Below, piece by piece: positions 1-10,413 of a stretch of DNA of 64,000 bases. The stretch covers positions 896,001 to 960,000 of the forward strand of contig CAWECG010000003.1 in NCBI GenBank assembly GCA_963807605.1, given 5' to 3'. Position numbers and translations under genes: made by a program. The notes under the pieces were generated by a model. It ran no database searches. It was not told the origin of the DNA and worked only from the letters and a program-made list of their open reading frames with translations. Each line of letters opens with the position of its first letter. Positions within the stretch are counted from its first letter, which is position 1. This DNA comes from Candidatus Bathyarchaeota archaeon. Lineage in GTDB: Archaea > Thermoproteota > Bathyarchaeia > 40CM-2-53-6 > RBG-13-38-9.

Positions 1-1
1 C

Positions 2-472
2 ATTGAAGCAATCGGTTCAGCATTGGATGCCTCCGAAGGTAAAGCAACGTTGCTACTTGAGAATACGGCAGGGACAAGAAACAGCATGGGATCATCTTTC
101 GAGGATATGCAAGAGATTATGGAACACACCACTCAATCTCGTGTAGCTATATGTTTTGATACAAGTCACGCCTTTGCGGCAGGATACAATCTTAAGGACA
201 CAGAATCAGTAAACGAGACTATACAGAAGCTCGATAATACCGTGGGGATAGATTCACTCAGAATAATCCATGCAAATGATTCCAAAGGGAAACTGGGTTC
301 ACGAATAGATAGACATGAACACATTGGTATGGGATACATTGGTGACGCAGGATTCAAAGCAATACTTCATACTGATGTATTTAGAAACTTACCTTTGATA
401 CTTGAAACTCCAATTGATACGCGCGGAACCGATGTAATGAATCTTAGAAGGATACGCAGGCTCGCTACCTAA
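2..472 (+). CDS. nfo: Endonuclease IV (AP endonuclease family 2), 5'-truncated by the window edge
   Basis: Motifs LLLENTAG, ICFDTSHAFAAG, IHANDSK, DRHEHIGMG, ILETP; frame is open to the window start. Confidence 0.93.
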   Translation: MEAIGSALDASEGKATLLLENTAGTRNSMGSSFEDMQEIMEHTTQSRVAICFDTSHAFAAGYNLKDTESVNETIQKLDNTVGIDSLRIIHANDSKGKLGSRIDRHEHIGMGYIGDAGFKAILHTDVFRNLPLILETPIDTRGTDVMNLRRIRRLAT

Positions 473-821
473 AGGCAGTTGATTAATCTGCTTTAATTGC
501 ACAATTGTATGAAATATGAACCGAATAATGTCAGCGATTATCAACATGCCCTATACTAAATTGAGTTTAGGATGGGTAAGGGAATTCTCAGGGTTTGTGT
601 TTAGCACTCTATTCATGCACATTTGAACGTTTGTTTCCGACAATCTTTTGATGGAAACAACGGAGGCCTAGGTCTCTTGGCTGGGGTTGAATCTGCTTGG
701 AGGGATCCCTGCAAAAGTTTACTAGCAACATGTAGTGAATCAAGCCGATCGAACTGTTGCTATCGGAATCCTGAAAGTGGAAGAATCGCATCAACAATTT
801 GGGCATATTGGAGGAATAGGG

Positions 822-3476
822 TTGCAGCAAACCGTTATAAGCAAAATAGGGTCGCGCAAGGTAAAAGAATTCACAAAGCTTGCTGAGCGCTATCTGGGAT
901 ACGATTCTCTATACATCTGGAATGTTAACATAAACGGAATAATAGTCCAACTACGCACGAACGACAGCACCCTAGACACATTCTGGAAAGAGAACTGGTA
1001 TCCAGCGGCCTACAGCCATAATCTGAGACCACATGGAATCATCTACGCAATCACTCAAACGCCACACATCGAGACAGGGACCTACTATCATCCAGAGACA
1101 AAGACAGGGATCATATTCAATCCTCGAAGTTACGAGGCCATTCGAGATCTTGGACTCAGAATCGTGATGGATGTTTCATTGGATCAGAAACAAGTCAGTC
1201 TCCTGCGTGGGGCTCTAGTCGATATAAACGGTGAAGGAATAATGTTAACTGGAGCAAGTGGAAGCGGAAAGTCAACACATGCCTTCCTTTTGTTAGATCT
1301 AGAACGAGCAAGAATACATTCGAATGATCTATTTGCTGTAGAACAATTAGGGGGCGAGAAGGGGCGCCTTTCAACTCAAGCTTGCGAACGCAAATTCTAC
1401 CTCAAAACGGAACTTTCTAAAATAAGCGCTCGCCTCCAAGAGTTACTCCACAGATGCCAACGGGAAGATGGTCATTTCATGCTCGATCCTTGGTGGATCG
1501 GAGGAAACGAGAAGTTTGTTGACACAACCCGAATCAAACTGATCCTATTCTTACAGCCTGACAAAAACAATCAGATAGTAGATAGACGGCTTGGCAACCA
1601 AGAAGCTCTTACCCTTCTGTCAGGTGCACCGACAGGCTTGGACATCCCAGACAGTCTGAGTGAGGACGAGAAAGAACCACTTACATCATTCTTCAAAGAG
1701 ATACTTCAGTTTGTAGCATGCTATAGCATAAACACCGCCAAACCAATATTCGAAGTTCAGAAGAGACTACACGAAATCATACTCTTCAGAGAGTATCTTG
1801 AGCCATTAATCTCCCCAAGACCAGCCGAGGTGACGACAGCTCCAGTCAATTTAGACGAGATAAAGAACACGGTTGATGCCTTGAGAACACGCTCCAATGT
1901 GACCTTTCTCGATGAAAATCAGGTGAGAGCCATGGCAGAGGAACACGGCACTAAAACAAACTTTGGTAACTACAACTTCACTTCCACGGTGAAAAACCGA
2001 AACGCTAACCTAACAGTTTACGTTGGTAGCCCACAGATTCAACAACGAAACTTAAATCCGCGCCAGAGGGAGATACTTCGAAATCTACCTCAGACCATAG
2101 CCGACCTTCACAAGTACTTAGAGCGGGCTCCACTAGTAGCAATTGAAAGGACGATGGGTGATAACCCACTATTCACTCCTCACTGCACCCTCTACGTTTC
2201 TGTCCAACGTAAAGAGATGGTGCGCCTTGCCTACATGGTCAGCCAGACACTCTTCCCACCAAAATGTAGCGAACCCATTCTTCAGCTAGTATACATTCCT
2301 GAGTGGCAAGAGAAGGATCGGCAGATACTAGTTTTCCCAGATATTGGCATAACATACGTACTTGGCACCGACTACTACGGTGAAGCGAAGAAAGGCTTCT
2401 TGCGTATGGCAATGTGGATAGCAAAGCAACGTGGAATGCTGGGCTTGCATGCAGGTGCGAAGATAATACGCGCCAAAGCCTCCGACCGCAAGATCCATCG
2501 GTATGGCACACTTATTTTCGGATTGACAGCCACAGGCAAAACCACCCACACCTGTCACAATCACGGTTTGACTGAGACAGGAGAAGGCATAGAGATAATT
2601 CAAGACGATGTCGTATTCCTAAGGCCAGACTGCTCAGCCCTTGGAACCGAAAAAGGCTTCTACCTAAAGACTGAAGGGGTAACCCCAGAGATTCAACCCC
2701 TCATCTACGCTGCGGTTACAAAGCCAGATGCAATCTTCGAGAATGTTCTAGTCGACTATTTGGGGAACGTGTATTTTGGGGATGAAACTCTAACAGGGAA
2801 CGCACGTGGCATAATGCAGAGGGATGATTTCGGTGAGTATAAGAGCGTCAGCGTAAATCTACCACAGATAGATAAACTTGATGGATTGATTATTCTCTTC
2901 ATAACACGCCGGAACACAGTTGTCCCAATTGCCTCAAAACTTACAACCGAACAGGCGGCCGCGGCTTTCATGCTCGGTGAATCTATAGAAACCTCAGGAA
3001 GCGACCCTCGAAGAGCAGGTGAATCAGTACGCGAGGTTGGAACTAACCCTTTCATAATAGGAGACGAAGCTGAAGAGGGCAATCGCTTTTACAAATTCAT
3101 CAAAGAACATGAAAGTAAGATTCAGGCATACCAGCTTAACACAGGTGGAGTGGGAGAAATAGTACTCAGGGCTGAGGATGGTAGCAGAGTAGTCAAACAG
3201 AAGGTTGTCAGAGTGGAGATACCAGAGATGGCAGCGATAATTCGAGGCATTTCAAGAGGAGAGATTGAGTGGTCTGACGATCCTAATTTCGGTACAAAGA
3301 TACCTGCGAAAGTCCCTGGAGTAGATATGAAGAAATTTGCCCTCAAGAAATACTACTCCCCAGAACAGGTAGCACACTATGTCCAGTCGCTCAAGAAAGA
3401 GAGAGCGGACTATCTAGAGAAGTTTCCAAAGCTCCACTCCGCCATAATAAACACTTGTACCGCAAGTGTAAACTGA
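822..3476 (+). CDS. pckA: ATP-type phosphoenolpyruvate carboxykinase with an extra N-terminal HPr-kinase-like P-loop domain
   Basis: C-terminal ~550 aa has GTDYYGEAKKG, LHAGAK, FGLTATGKTT, IIQDD, EKGFYLKT and LNTG. N-terminal domain has a second Walker A (GASGSGKST). ORF track starts at 735; TTG 822 preceded by GGAGG is preferred. Confidence 0.85.
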   Translation: MQQTVISKIGSRKVKEFTKLAERYLGYDSLYIWNVNINGIIVQLRTNDSTLDTFWKENWYPAAYSHNLRPHGIIYAITQTPHIETGTYYHPETKTGIIFNPRSYEAIRDLGLRIVMDVSLDQKQVSLLRGALVDINGEGIMLTGASGSGKSTHAFLLLDLERARIHSNDLFAVEQLGGEKGRLSTQACERKFYLKTELSKISARLQELLHRCQREDGHFMLDPWWIGGNEKFVDTTRIKLILFLQPDKNNQIVDRRLGNQEALTLLSGAPTGLDIPDSLSEDEKEPLTSFFKEILQFVACYSINTAKPIFEVQKRLHEIILFREYLEPLISPRPAEVTTAPVNLDEIKNTVDALRTRSNVTFLDENQVRAMAEEHGTKTNFGNYNFTSTVKNRNANLTVYVGSPQIQQRNLNPRQREILRNLPQTIADLHKYLERAPLVAIERTMGDNPLFTPHCTLYVSVQRKEMVRLAYMVSQTLFPPKCSEPILQLVYIPEWQEKDRQILVFPDIGITYVLGTDYYGEAKKGFLRMAMWIAKQRGMLGLHAGAKIIRAKASDRKIHRYGTLIFGLTATGKTTHTCHNHGLTETGEGIEIIQDDVVFLRPDCSALGTEKGFYLKTEGVTPEIQPLIYAAVTKPDAIFENVLVDYLGNVYFGDETLTGNARGIMQRDDFGEYKSVSVNLPQIDKLDGLIILFITRRNTVVPIASKLTTEQAAAAFMLGESIETSGSDPRRAGESVREVGTNPFIIGDEAEEGNRFYKFIKEHESKIQAYQLNTGGVGEIVLRAEDGSRVVKQKVVRVEIPEMAAIIRGISRGEIEWSDDPNFGTKIPAKVPGVDMKKFALKKYYSPEQVAHYVQSLKKERADYLEKFPKLHSAIINTCTASVN

Positions 3477-3568
3477 GACTGGTAGCTTTTTGGTAGGAGG
3501 GCTTATCACAAACAGCTGTGAGATGTATCTTGATACTACATCTCATTCAACGTCAAGAGTCGGTTGAG

Positions 3569-3673
3569 TCAACTCTTCTCGTAGCCAACAAATAGAAACG
3601 CTAGAATTACTGTTGCAATTCCCAGAAACATTATTCCCAATTGAAGTAGCTCATAGTATTCGTCGATACTCAT
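3569..3673 (-). CDS. Possible 34-aa single-TM protein
   Basis: MSIDEYYELLQLGIMFLGIATVILAFLFVGYEKS: one clean hydrophobic helix, downstream of the SWIM gene on the same strand. Confidence 0.35.
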   Translation of the reverse strand: MSIDEYYELLQLGIMFLGIATVILAFLFVGYEKS

Positions 3674-3732
3674 GGTCTTAGCCTTCCCGCTCCGAATCTT
3701 GATTTCTGTCTTTAAAAGGTGACTGATCATCC

Positions 3733-4149
3733 TTACTTTATAGTCTTTTTCCACCGTCGGGTGATTCTTCCATATTCAATATCGTGATTCTCTTCTTTCT
3801 CGAATCTGTCAAGGGCTAGAGCTATTTTTTGCGCTATTATGTGGTAACAAAGTTGCTTCTTTGCATTCATAACCCTGAAGTAGTAATCATCACAGTTGCA
3901 GAAGTTTGTGTGTGGCATCACTTGGTACGTGGAATTCTTTCCACGGACTTCCCAGATTACACGGCCACTTGGTTTGAAGAGATAACGCTTTATCGCCCCT
4001 CTTTCAACTAGACCAAGTGCTTTCTCATATCTCTCTCCAAAAGATTCCTCCAACTTTTTGGCTAGACTCTTTTCTAAAGAGCGTCGTGACTCTATCTCTT
4101 TACATATTTGGGTAATCAACAAAGTCTCACTCTCTCCTGCCGGCTTCAT
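3733..4149 (-). CDS. SWIM zinc-finger protein
   Basis: CxC...CxH pattern: FCNCDDYYFR...LCYHIIA. Confidence 0.8.
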   Translation of the reverse strand: MKPAGESETLLITQICKEIESRRSLEKSLAKKLEESFGERYEKALGLVERGAIKRYLFKPSGRVIWEVRGKNSTYQVMPHTNFCNCDDYYFRVMNAKKQLCYHIIAQKIALALDRFEKEENHDIEYGRITRRWKKTIK

Positions 4150-4322
4150 CTCTTACCACAGCATCTATCAAAGGCTCAATCTTTAATCCGTAGAGTTCTG
4201 CACATTATTTATGAGGCTCTCATAGAGTTAAACTGGATACTAGGAGGAGTTTCAGCTTCGCAAATCTTGAACCTGTTGCCCCCTATCCGGCCATTTGTTA
4301 CCAAAGTGGCCGAGAGAAGAAC

Positions 4323-5108
4323 TTGATCATAGGGGATCTGCACATCGGTTGGGAAGCCTCCCTTAAAGAACATGGCGTATATATACCTTCACAGACACCC
4401 AGACTTCTTGAGAGGCTTAAAGACATAGTTAAGATAGTTGACCCTGTACGTATAATTATTCTTGGGGATATCAAACACAGTATTGCAAAAATGAGATCCA
4501 TCGACTGGCATGATGTACCACCTTTCTTTGAGGCTCTCACGAGACTCGTAAAAGAGGTTTGGGTAGTACCTGGAAATCATGATGGAAATCTAGAGGCGCT
4601 TGTTTCAGAGAGTGTAAAGATCCTCCCAGTATCAGGACTCACTTTTGATAGTGAAGTGGGAATAATTCACGGCCATGCTTGGCCTAAACCGGAGATTCTC
4701 AGATGCAAAAACATAATTATGGGGCACCTTCACCCGATGATTACACTAATAGACACTCTAGGTTTCGTGACAACTCACCAAGTATGGCTTAGAACACACT
4801 CTGACGGCGAAGCACTGGCTAGAGGACTCTTGAAGAACTTGCAAATACGAATTGAGGATGATGCCAGAATTACTATGAAAAAGCACTTCAACATAATCCT
4901 AAGCAATCCACGTTGCACAATCCTTCCTTCGTTCAACAATCTCCTCAGCGGTCAAGCTATAAACAGGAATTTTGCGGATACTGACTCGAAAGGACCGTAT
5001 CTGGGGCCTTTGCTGAAATCCGGCGGGATCGATCTGAGGAATGGCGATGTCTATTTGTTAGATGGATCGTATCTTGGCAAACTCAGTCTACTACAGCAGC
5101 TCTCCTGA
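4323..5108 (+). CDS. Calcineurin-like metallophosphoesterase (archaeal ICC-like); true start probably upstream
   Basis: GDLHIG, LGDIKH, PGNHDG, HGH, MGHLHP, LPSFN. Frame is open back to 4215 (EPVAPYPAI...) with only a CTG (4233) as a plausible start. Confidence 0.85.
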   Translation: MIIGDLHIGWEASLKEHGVYIPSQTPRLLERLKDIVKIVDPVRIIILGDIKHSIAKMRSIDWHDVPPFFEALTRLVKEVWVVPGNHDGNLEALVSESVKILPVSGLTFDSEVGIIHGHAWPKPEILRCKNIIMGHLHPMITLIDTLGFVTTHQVWLRTHSDGEALARGLLKNLQIRIEDDARITMKKHFNIILSNPRCTILPSFNNLLSGQAINRNFADTDSKGPYLGPLLKSGGIDLRNGDVYLLDGSYLGKLSLLQQLS

Positions 5109-5356
5109 AATCTATATACATTAACGTGTAAATTCCCCTTGTAAGAATGTACTGTTTTTTGTATAGAACAGATATAAGATACAGAGCCAAAGGCGTTAGT
5201 GTACAGCGATGAAAAGCTGGCGGAACGCAATATTTTGCTACTGCACTTGGTCTGTCATTAAACATATTGACACTAAGAGGCATGGATTGAACATCGGAAA
5301 GGACTGGCACAACAATCAGAAGCATCTACGGCTTGGTTATTTGGAGGCTAGCTGAG

Positions 5357-5623
5357 ATGCCAAGCTTTGTCGTAGAGATAGTTATTGAGAACAAGAAGAT
5401 GGCCCGAGATCCTGAGGGCGAAACTATAGCTAGAGAATTGATCAATAGAGAGGGATTCTCAGCAATAAAGAGTGTAAGAACGGGTAAATATTTGCGATTA
5501 CTCGTTGAGGCAGTAGACAAAGAAGAGGCGGAGCAACTTGTCACAAGAATGTCCAATACACTCAGAATATTCAACCCCGTAGTTCACACCTGCAACATCC
5601 GCGCTAAGAGTGAGGTAGAGTGA
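5357..5623 (+). CDS. purS: FGAM synthase subunit PurS
   Basis: DPEGETI, VRTGK, IFNPVV; first gene of purSQL; ATG 5357 follows GGAGG. Confidence 0.92.
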   Translation: MPSFVVEIVIENKKMARDPEGETIARELINREGFSAIKSVRTGKYLRLLVEAVDKEEAEQLVTRMSNTLRIFNPVVHTCNIRAKSEVE

Positions 5624-6312
5624 AGGTCGCAGTAATACAATTTCCAGGCTCAAACTGTGACCTCGATGTCTTTCACGTTCTCAGGAATGTCCTCGGAGTG
5701 GAAGTGGACTTAGTTTGGCACAGAAGTTTTGAAGCTGAAGATTGTGATGCAGCTGTTCTACCAGGGGGTTTCTCTTACGGCGATTATCTCAGAGCTGGAA
5801 TAATCGCAGCCCATAGCCCCGCCATGAGACACATAAAAGAGATGGCAAAACAGGGAAAGCCCATAATCGGGATCTGCAACGGCTTTCAGATACTTATAGA
5901 ATCAGGACTCTTGCCAGGAGCGCTCCTAAGAAATCAAGGTATGATGTTTATCTGTAAGTGGGTCAAGCTCAAGGTTGAGACTGAGAATACCCCATTCACA
6001 AAGGCTACAGCAAAGGGTACTATTCTTGACATGCCAATAGCGCATGCTGAGGGGAGATACGTCAACGAACCTGAAGGTCTTAGAGAACTACACGAAAATG
6101 ATCAGGTTGTTTTCACATATACAGACACGCAAGGTAACCTTACCCAGGCAGGAAACCCAAACGGCTCTGTGGACTGCATAGCAGGTATATGTAACCTAGA
6201 AAGGAACGTCCTCGGCCTTATGCCTCATCCTGAGAGAGCTTCCGAATCGATACTCAGTCCATTCTCGGATAATGACGGTCTTCAAATTCTGAGAGTATTC
6301 ACTGAGATGTGA
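5620..6312 (+). CDS. purQ: FGAM synthase glutaminase subunit PurQ
   Basis: QFPGSNCD, PGGFSYGDYLRAG, GICNGFQIL, GLMPHPER. Confidence 0.97.
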   Translation: MKVAVIQFPGSNCDLDVFHVLRNVLGVEVDLVWHRSFEAEDCDAAVLPGGFSYGDYLRAGIIAAHSPAMRHIKEMAKQGKPIIGICNGFQILIESGLLPGALLRNQGMMFICKWVKLKVETENTPFTKATAKGTILDMPIAHAEGRYVNEPEGLRELHENDQVVFTYTDTQGNLTQAGNPNGSVDCIAGICNLERNVLGLMPHPERASESILSPFSDNDGLQILRVFTEM

Positions 6313-6323
6313 GGAGCTAGGTT

Positions 6324-8537
6324 GTGGAAACTACAGCAACGATCAAAATTAACCTGACTCCTAAGGAGCAGACAGAGGCTTACAGAAGACTGGGCAGAGA
6401 CGCAAACGAGACTGAGCTCGGAATGATAGACATAATGTGGTCTGAGCACTGCTCTTACAAGAGTAGCAGAGAAGTCCTACGGCGACTCCCGATAAGTGGA
6501 AGAAGAGTAGTTGTTGGACCAGGATACGATTCAGGTGTGGTGGACATTGGTGACGGCGACGTCATTGCATTCAAGATTGAGAGCCACAATCATCCGTCGG
6601 CAATAGAACCTTACAACGGGGCCGCAACAGGGATAGGCGGTATAATCAGAGACATTCTTTGCATGAACTGTAGGCCTATCGGCCTCCTAGATTCCTTACG
6701 ATTTGGAAATCTAAGTAGCAGTCACAGTAGATGGCTCTTCCATAACGTGGTAAAGGGAATAGCTGACTACGGTAACTGCACTGGAATCCCAACTGTAGCT
6801 GGTGAGGTTGAATTTGACGATAGTTTTGAAACTAATTGTCTGGTCAACGTTGCATGCTTTGGCTTCGGGAAGGCTAGAGATCTTACTCTCGGGAGAATGG
6901 ATCGACCCGGCGACGTCATCATTCTAGCAGGAGGAGCAACAGGCAGAGACGGCATACATGGTGTCACATTCGCGTCTAAGGTCATCAGTGAGGAATCCGA
7001 ATTAGACAGACCTGCAGTTCAGATCGGCGATCCCTTCACCAAGAAATTGGTCATTGAGGCCACACTCGAAGCTTTGAAAACAGGCAAAGTAAGGGGAGTT
7101 AAAGACTTAGGTGGGGGAGGATTGACTTGCGCTCTGTCAGAGATGTCAAGTAAGGGCGGCACGGGTGTCGAGGTAGATCTAGAAAAGATACACATCAGAG
7201 AGCAAGGGATGACGCCCTATGAGCTGTTACTTTCGGAATCTCAAGAGAGAATGCTATTCACTGTCGTTCCTGAAGGTCAGGAAGAAATCTTCAATATATT
7301 TCAAAAATGGGGGCTTCCATTCTCAACCATAGGAAAGGTGACAGGAACCGGTCGTCTGGTGGCCAGAAATCATGGCAGGTCAGTTGTAGATATTCCATCA
7401 AAACTCCTAACTCACTCCCCTCTTGCACGAAGAACAGTAAGAAAGCCTAAGGCTTTAGATAAAGGAGCAACTTCAAAATATCCTGCTCCAAAGAATCTGG
7501 CAAGTATACTATATCATATTTTGTCGAATTCGAACGTAGCTAGTAAAGAAGTTGTCTATAGACAATACGATCATGAAGTTGGAGCAAGAACCGTGCTGAA
7601 ACCTGGCGATGCCGATGCAGCAGTCCTAAGGATGATCGGCAGCGATAAGGCTATCGCAGTTAAAGTTGACTGTAATAGCTCGTATTGCCACCTCAACCCA
7701 TACCACGGTCATGCTGTAGCCGTAGCAGAAGCAGCTCGAAACGTCATTGCTGTAGGCGCTAAACCAATCGCCATAACTGACTGCTGCAACTTCGGTAATC
7801 CAGAGAACCCCGAGGTCTATTGGCAATTTAGAGAGGCAATTCGAGGGATTACATACATGCTAAAGGGCTTGAGGATACCATGCGTGGGGGGAAACGTTAG
7901 CTTCTATAATGAGGACCAGAAAACGGGGAGAGCCATCAAGCCTACAACAATGATAGTGATGCTAGGCCTGATCGAAAAGCTGAGTCTTGTGACCAATATG
8001 TTCCTCAAGAAAGATGGAGAATCAATAATTGTTGTGGGAAGGACTCTTCCTGAGTTGGGCGGCTCACAATACCACAGAATCATGAATGTAAAGGGAGGTA
8101 GCCCACCGCGAGCTGTCGTCTCCAGAGAGAAAGCCTCCACACGGACTGTAATTGAGGCAATTCGAAAGGGGTATGTTACGGCAGCTCATGATTGCTCGAA
8201 GGGGGGACTTGCCATATCCCTTGCCGAGATGACCATCAAGGGAGGACTAGGATTGACAGTTGACCTTAAGACTATTCCACGTTCACCAACCATGAGATCT
8301 GATGAAATACTCTTTTCTGAGTCATCGGCCAGATTTATAGTGACTACAACAAGAGCCCAGACAACAAAGTTACTTCGTTTGGCGAGGAAAAATGGTGCCC
8401 CCGCGGCGAGAATAGGCGAAGTTTCAAGATCAGGTTATGCGATCACTTCGGGATCGAAAAAACTGATCGAATACCCAGTTGAGCGTATGCAGGAGGCTTG
8501 GCGAAGCGCAATTCCTCAAGCTATGGAGAGTACATGA
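6324..8537 (+). CDS. purL: FGAM synthase subunit PurL
   Basis: MWSEHCSYKSS, ESHNHPS, GAATGIGGIIRD, DLGGGGL, SESQERM, GGNVSFYN. Confidence 0.97.
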   Translation: METTATIKINLTPKEQTEAYRRLGRDANETELGMIDIMWSEHCSYKSSREVLRRLPISGRRVVVGPGYDSGVVDIGDGDVIAFKIESHNHPSAIEPYNGAATGIGGIIRDILCMNCRPIGLLDSLRFGNLSSSHSRWLFHNVVKGIADYGNCTGIPTVAGEVEFDDSFETNCLVNVACFGFGKARDLTLGRMDRPGDVIILAGGATGRDGIHGVTFASKVISEESELDRPAVQIGDPFTKKLVIEATLEALKTGKVRGVKDLGGGGLTCALSEMSSKGGTGVEVDLEKIHIREQGMTPYELLLSESQERMLFTVVPEGQEEIFNIFQKWGLPFSTIGKVTGTGRLVARNHGRSVVDIPSKLLTHSPLARRTVRKPKALDKGATSKYPAPKNLASILYHILSNSNVASKEVVYRQYDHEVGARTVLKPGDADAAVLRMIGSDKAIAVKVDCNSSYCHLNPYHGHAVAVAEAARNVIAVGAKPIAITDCCNFGNPENPEVYWQFREAIRGITYMLKGLRIPCVGGNVSFYNEDQKTGRAIKPTTMIVMLGLIEKLSLVTNMFLKKDGESIIVVGRTLPELGGSQYHRIMNVKGGSPPRAVVSREKASTRTVIEAIRKGYVTAAHDCSKGGLAISLAEMTIKGGLGLTVDLKTIPRSPTMRSDEILFSESSARFIVTTTRAQTTKLLRLARKNGAPAARIGEVSRSGYAITSGSKKLIEYPVERMQEAWRSAIPQAMEST

Positions 8538-8538
8538 A

Positions 8539-9981
8539 ATGAAAGGCTTCGAAAGGCCGAAGAGGGATGCTTGCGGGGTTTTCGGGCTCTTCAATCCCAA
8601 ACACGACGTTGTCAGCAATATCTACTACGGACTAATGTCTCTTCAGCATAGAGGTCAGGAAGCCGCAGGAATCTCAACAATCAAGGATGGGACAATATCA
8701 ACCCGAAGGGTCTGGGGTTTAGTTTCTCAAAACCTTAGGCCCAAACTGTGGAGGCTCTCAGGCCACATGGGAATAGGTCATGTTAGGTACTCAACAACAG
8801 GGACTTCAACGTTGGCCAATGCTCAGCCGATGACAGATAGAATTTTCTCATTTGCACATAATGGTAACCTTGCCAACTACATGGATATCAGAAGAAGGAT
8901 GGAGAATCAAGGGCTCAGACTTAAGGCAAAAAGCGATGCAGAACTAATGTTAAGATTATTCAGAGCTAACTATGAAAGGTGCGGAGACTATGTCAAAGCC
9001 TTCGAAGAGCTGTCCTACCAGGTCGAAGGTGGATACTCAATCGTAATACTCACAAGAAACCGAGAATTGATTGCGGCAAGGGACCCTCTTGGTCTGAGAC
9101 CACTCTGCCAAGGAGAAATGGGAGAGGCAGTAGCATTTGCATCAGAGAGCGTAGCTCTGGACAGCAACAACATGAAAATTACTGGGGATGTGAAACCCGG
9201 CTCAATAGTTGTAGCTACTGAGAACACGTGCGACCAGTGGCAGTATCTTCCCTGCGAACGGAAGGCCCACTGCATGTTCGAATATGTCTATTTCAGTCGT
9301 GTCGATTCGGTTCTTGAAGGAAAGAGTGTATACGATGTCAGGTTCAACTTAGGTGTCAACCTAGCAAAGACCTATGACACCAAACCTGATGTCGTAATTC
9401 CTGTCCCTGACACTTCTAGAACAGCAGCTGAAGGTTACTCCAGCTACACGGGGATTCCAGTAGCTGAAGGCCTGATAAAAAACAGATATGTTCACAGAAC
9501 GTTCATCATGCCGAGACAGAGGGATTGAGATGCTGCCATGAAACTGAAGATAAATCCTCTCAAGTCAGTGGTCTCGGGGAAAGAAGTTCTCATAATAGAT
9601 GACAGCATAGTCAGGGGTACCACAAGCAGAGCAATAGTCGATATGGTTAGAACTGCTGGGGCCAAGAAGGTGTATATGATGAGCACATGCCCCCCCATCG
9701 TCTCTCCATGTTTCTACGGAATAGACATTGCAACATACAGTGAATTGATTGCAGCAAAAATGGATGTCGAGAATATTAGAACAAAGATAAAGGCTGATGG
9801 TCTAGGCTATCAAACTCTTGACGGCCTCATCAAAGCCATTGGGCTAACGAAAGAGGATCTATGCCTAGGATGTCTTACAGGTGAATACCCAACACCTTAT
9901 GCACAGAAGATTCTGGAGTCGATTAAAGAGAAAACAAAAACCAGTAGTGTTAGGCTGTGGGAGACTGAGCTCTCAGCTTGA
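8539..9981 (+). CDS. purF: Amidophosphoribosyltransferase, interrupted by an in-frame TGA at 9526-9528 (sequence error or nonsense allele)
   Basis: [33 protein letters not shown], then [12 protein letters not shown] and CFYGID in the same frame after the stop. Confidence 0.93.
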
Positions 9982-10391
9982 AGACAGACCAACCCGAGAA
10001 AGAGAAGCTTGTGGCTGTCGTGATCGGTAGCCAGAGTGATATGCCCATCGCTGAAAAGGCAATCAGAGTACTAGACGAATTCCGGATACCGTATGAACTT
10101 ACAACACTCTCTGCTCATAGAAATCCAAAGGAACTTGAAGAATACGTAGAGTCTTCAAAGGCCTTGATTTTCATAGCTATAGCAGGACTATCCGCACAAT
10201 TACCCGGATTCATAGCGTCGAGAACCTCTAAGCCGGTAATAGGCGTCCCAGTAAATGTCAAGCTTGAGGGTTTAGATGCGCTTTTGTCAATCCTGCAAAT
10301 GCCTAAAGGAGTGCCAGTAGCAACAGTAGGAATTGACAATGGCGAGAACGCCGCCCTTTTTGCTGCAAGAATCCTGTCAATGCTCAACTAA
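9978..10391 (+). CDS. purE: AIR carboxylase / N5-CAIR mutase PurE
   Basis: [37 protein letters not shown]. Confidence 0.95.
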   Translation: MKTDQPEKEKLVAVVIGSQSDMPIAEKAIRVLDEFRIPYELTTLSAHRNPKELEEYVESSKALIFIAIAGLSAQLPGFIASRTSKPVIGVPVNVKLEGLDALLSILQMPKGVPVATVGIDNGENAALFAARILSMLN

Positions 10392-10413
10392 GATCCAAGT
10401 CGGAGAGATAAGG

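Noticed and set aside
623-886. 87-aa ORF and TTGTTTCC/GGAAACAA hairpin upstream of pckA
   Set aside because: The ORF overlaps pckA out of frame and has no motifs; a lone 8-bp stem is not enough to call an RNA.
5109-5356. Riboswitch in the long purS leader
   Set aside because: No purine, ZTP or PRPP riboswitch consensus was recognised.
9526-9528. Selenocysteine or recoded TGA in purF
   Set aside because: The position corresponds to Arg, not Cys, and TGA is used as a normal stop throughout the window.
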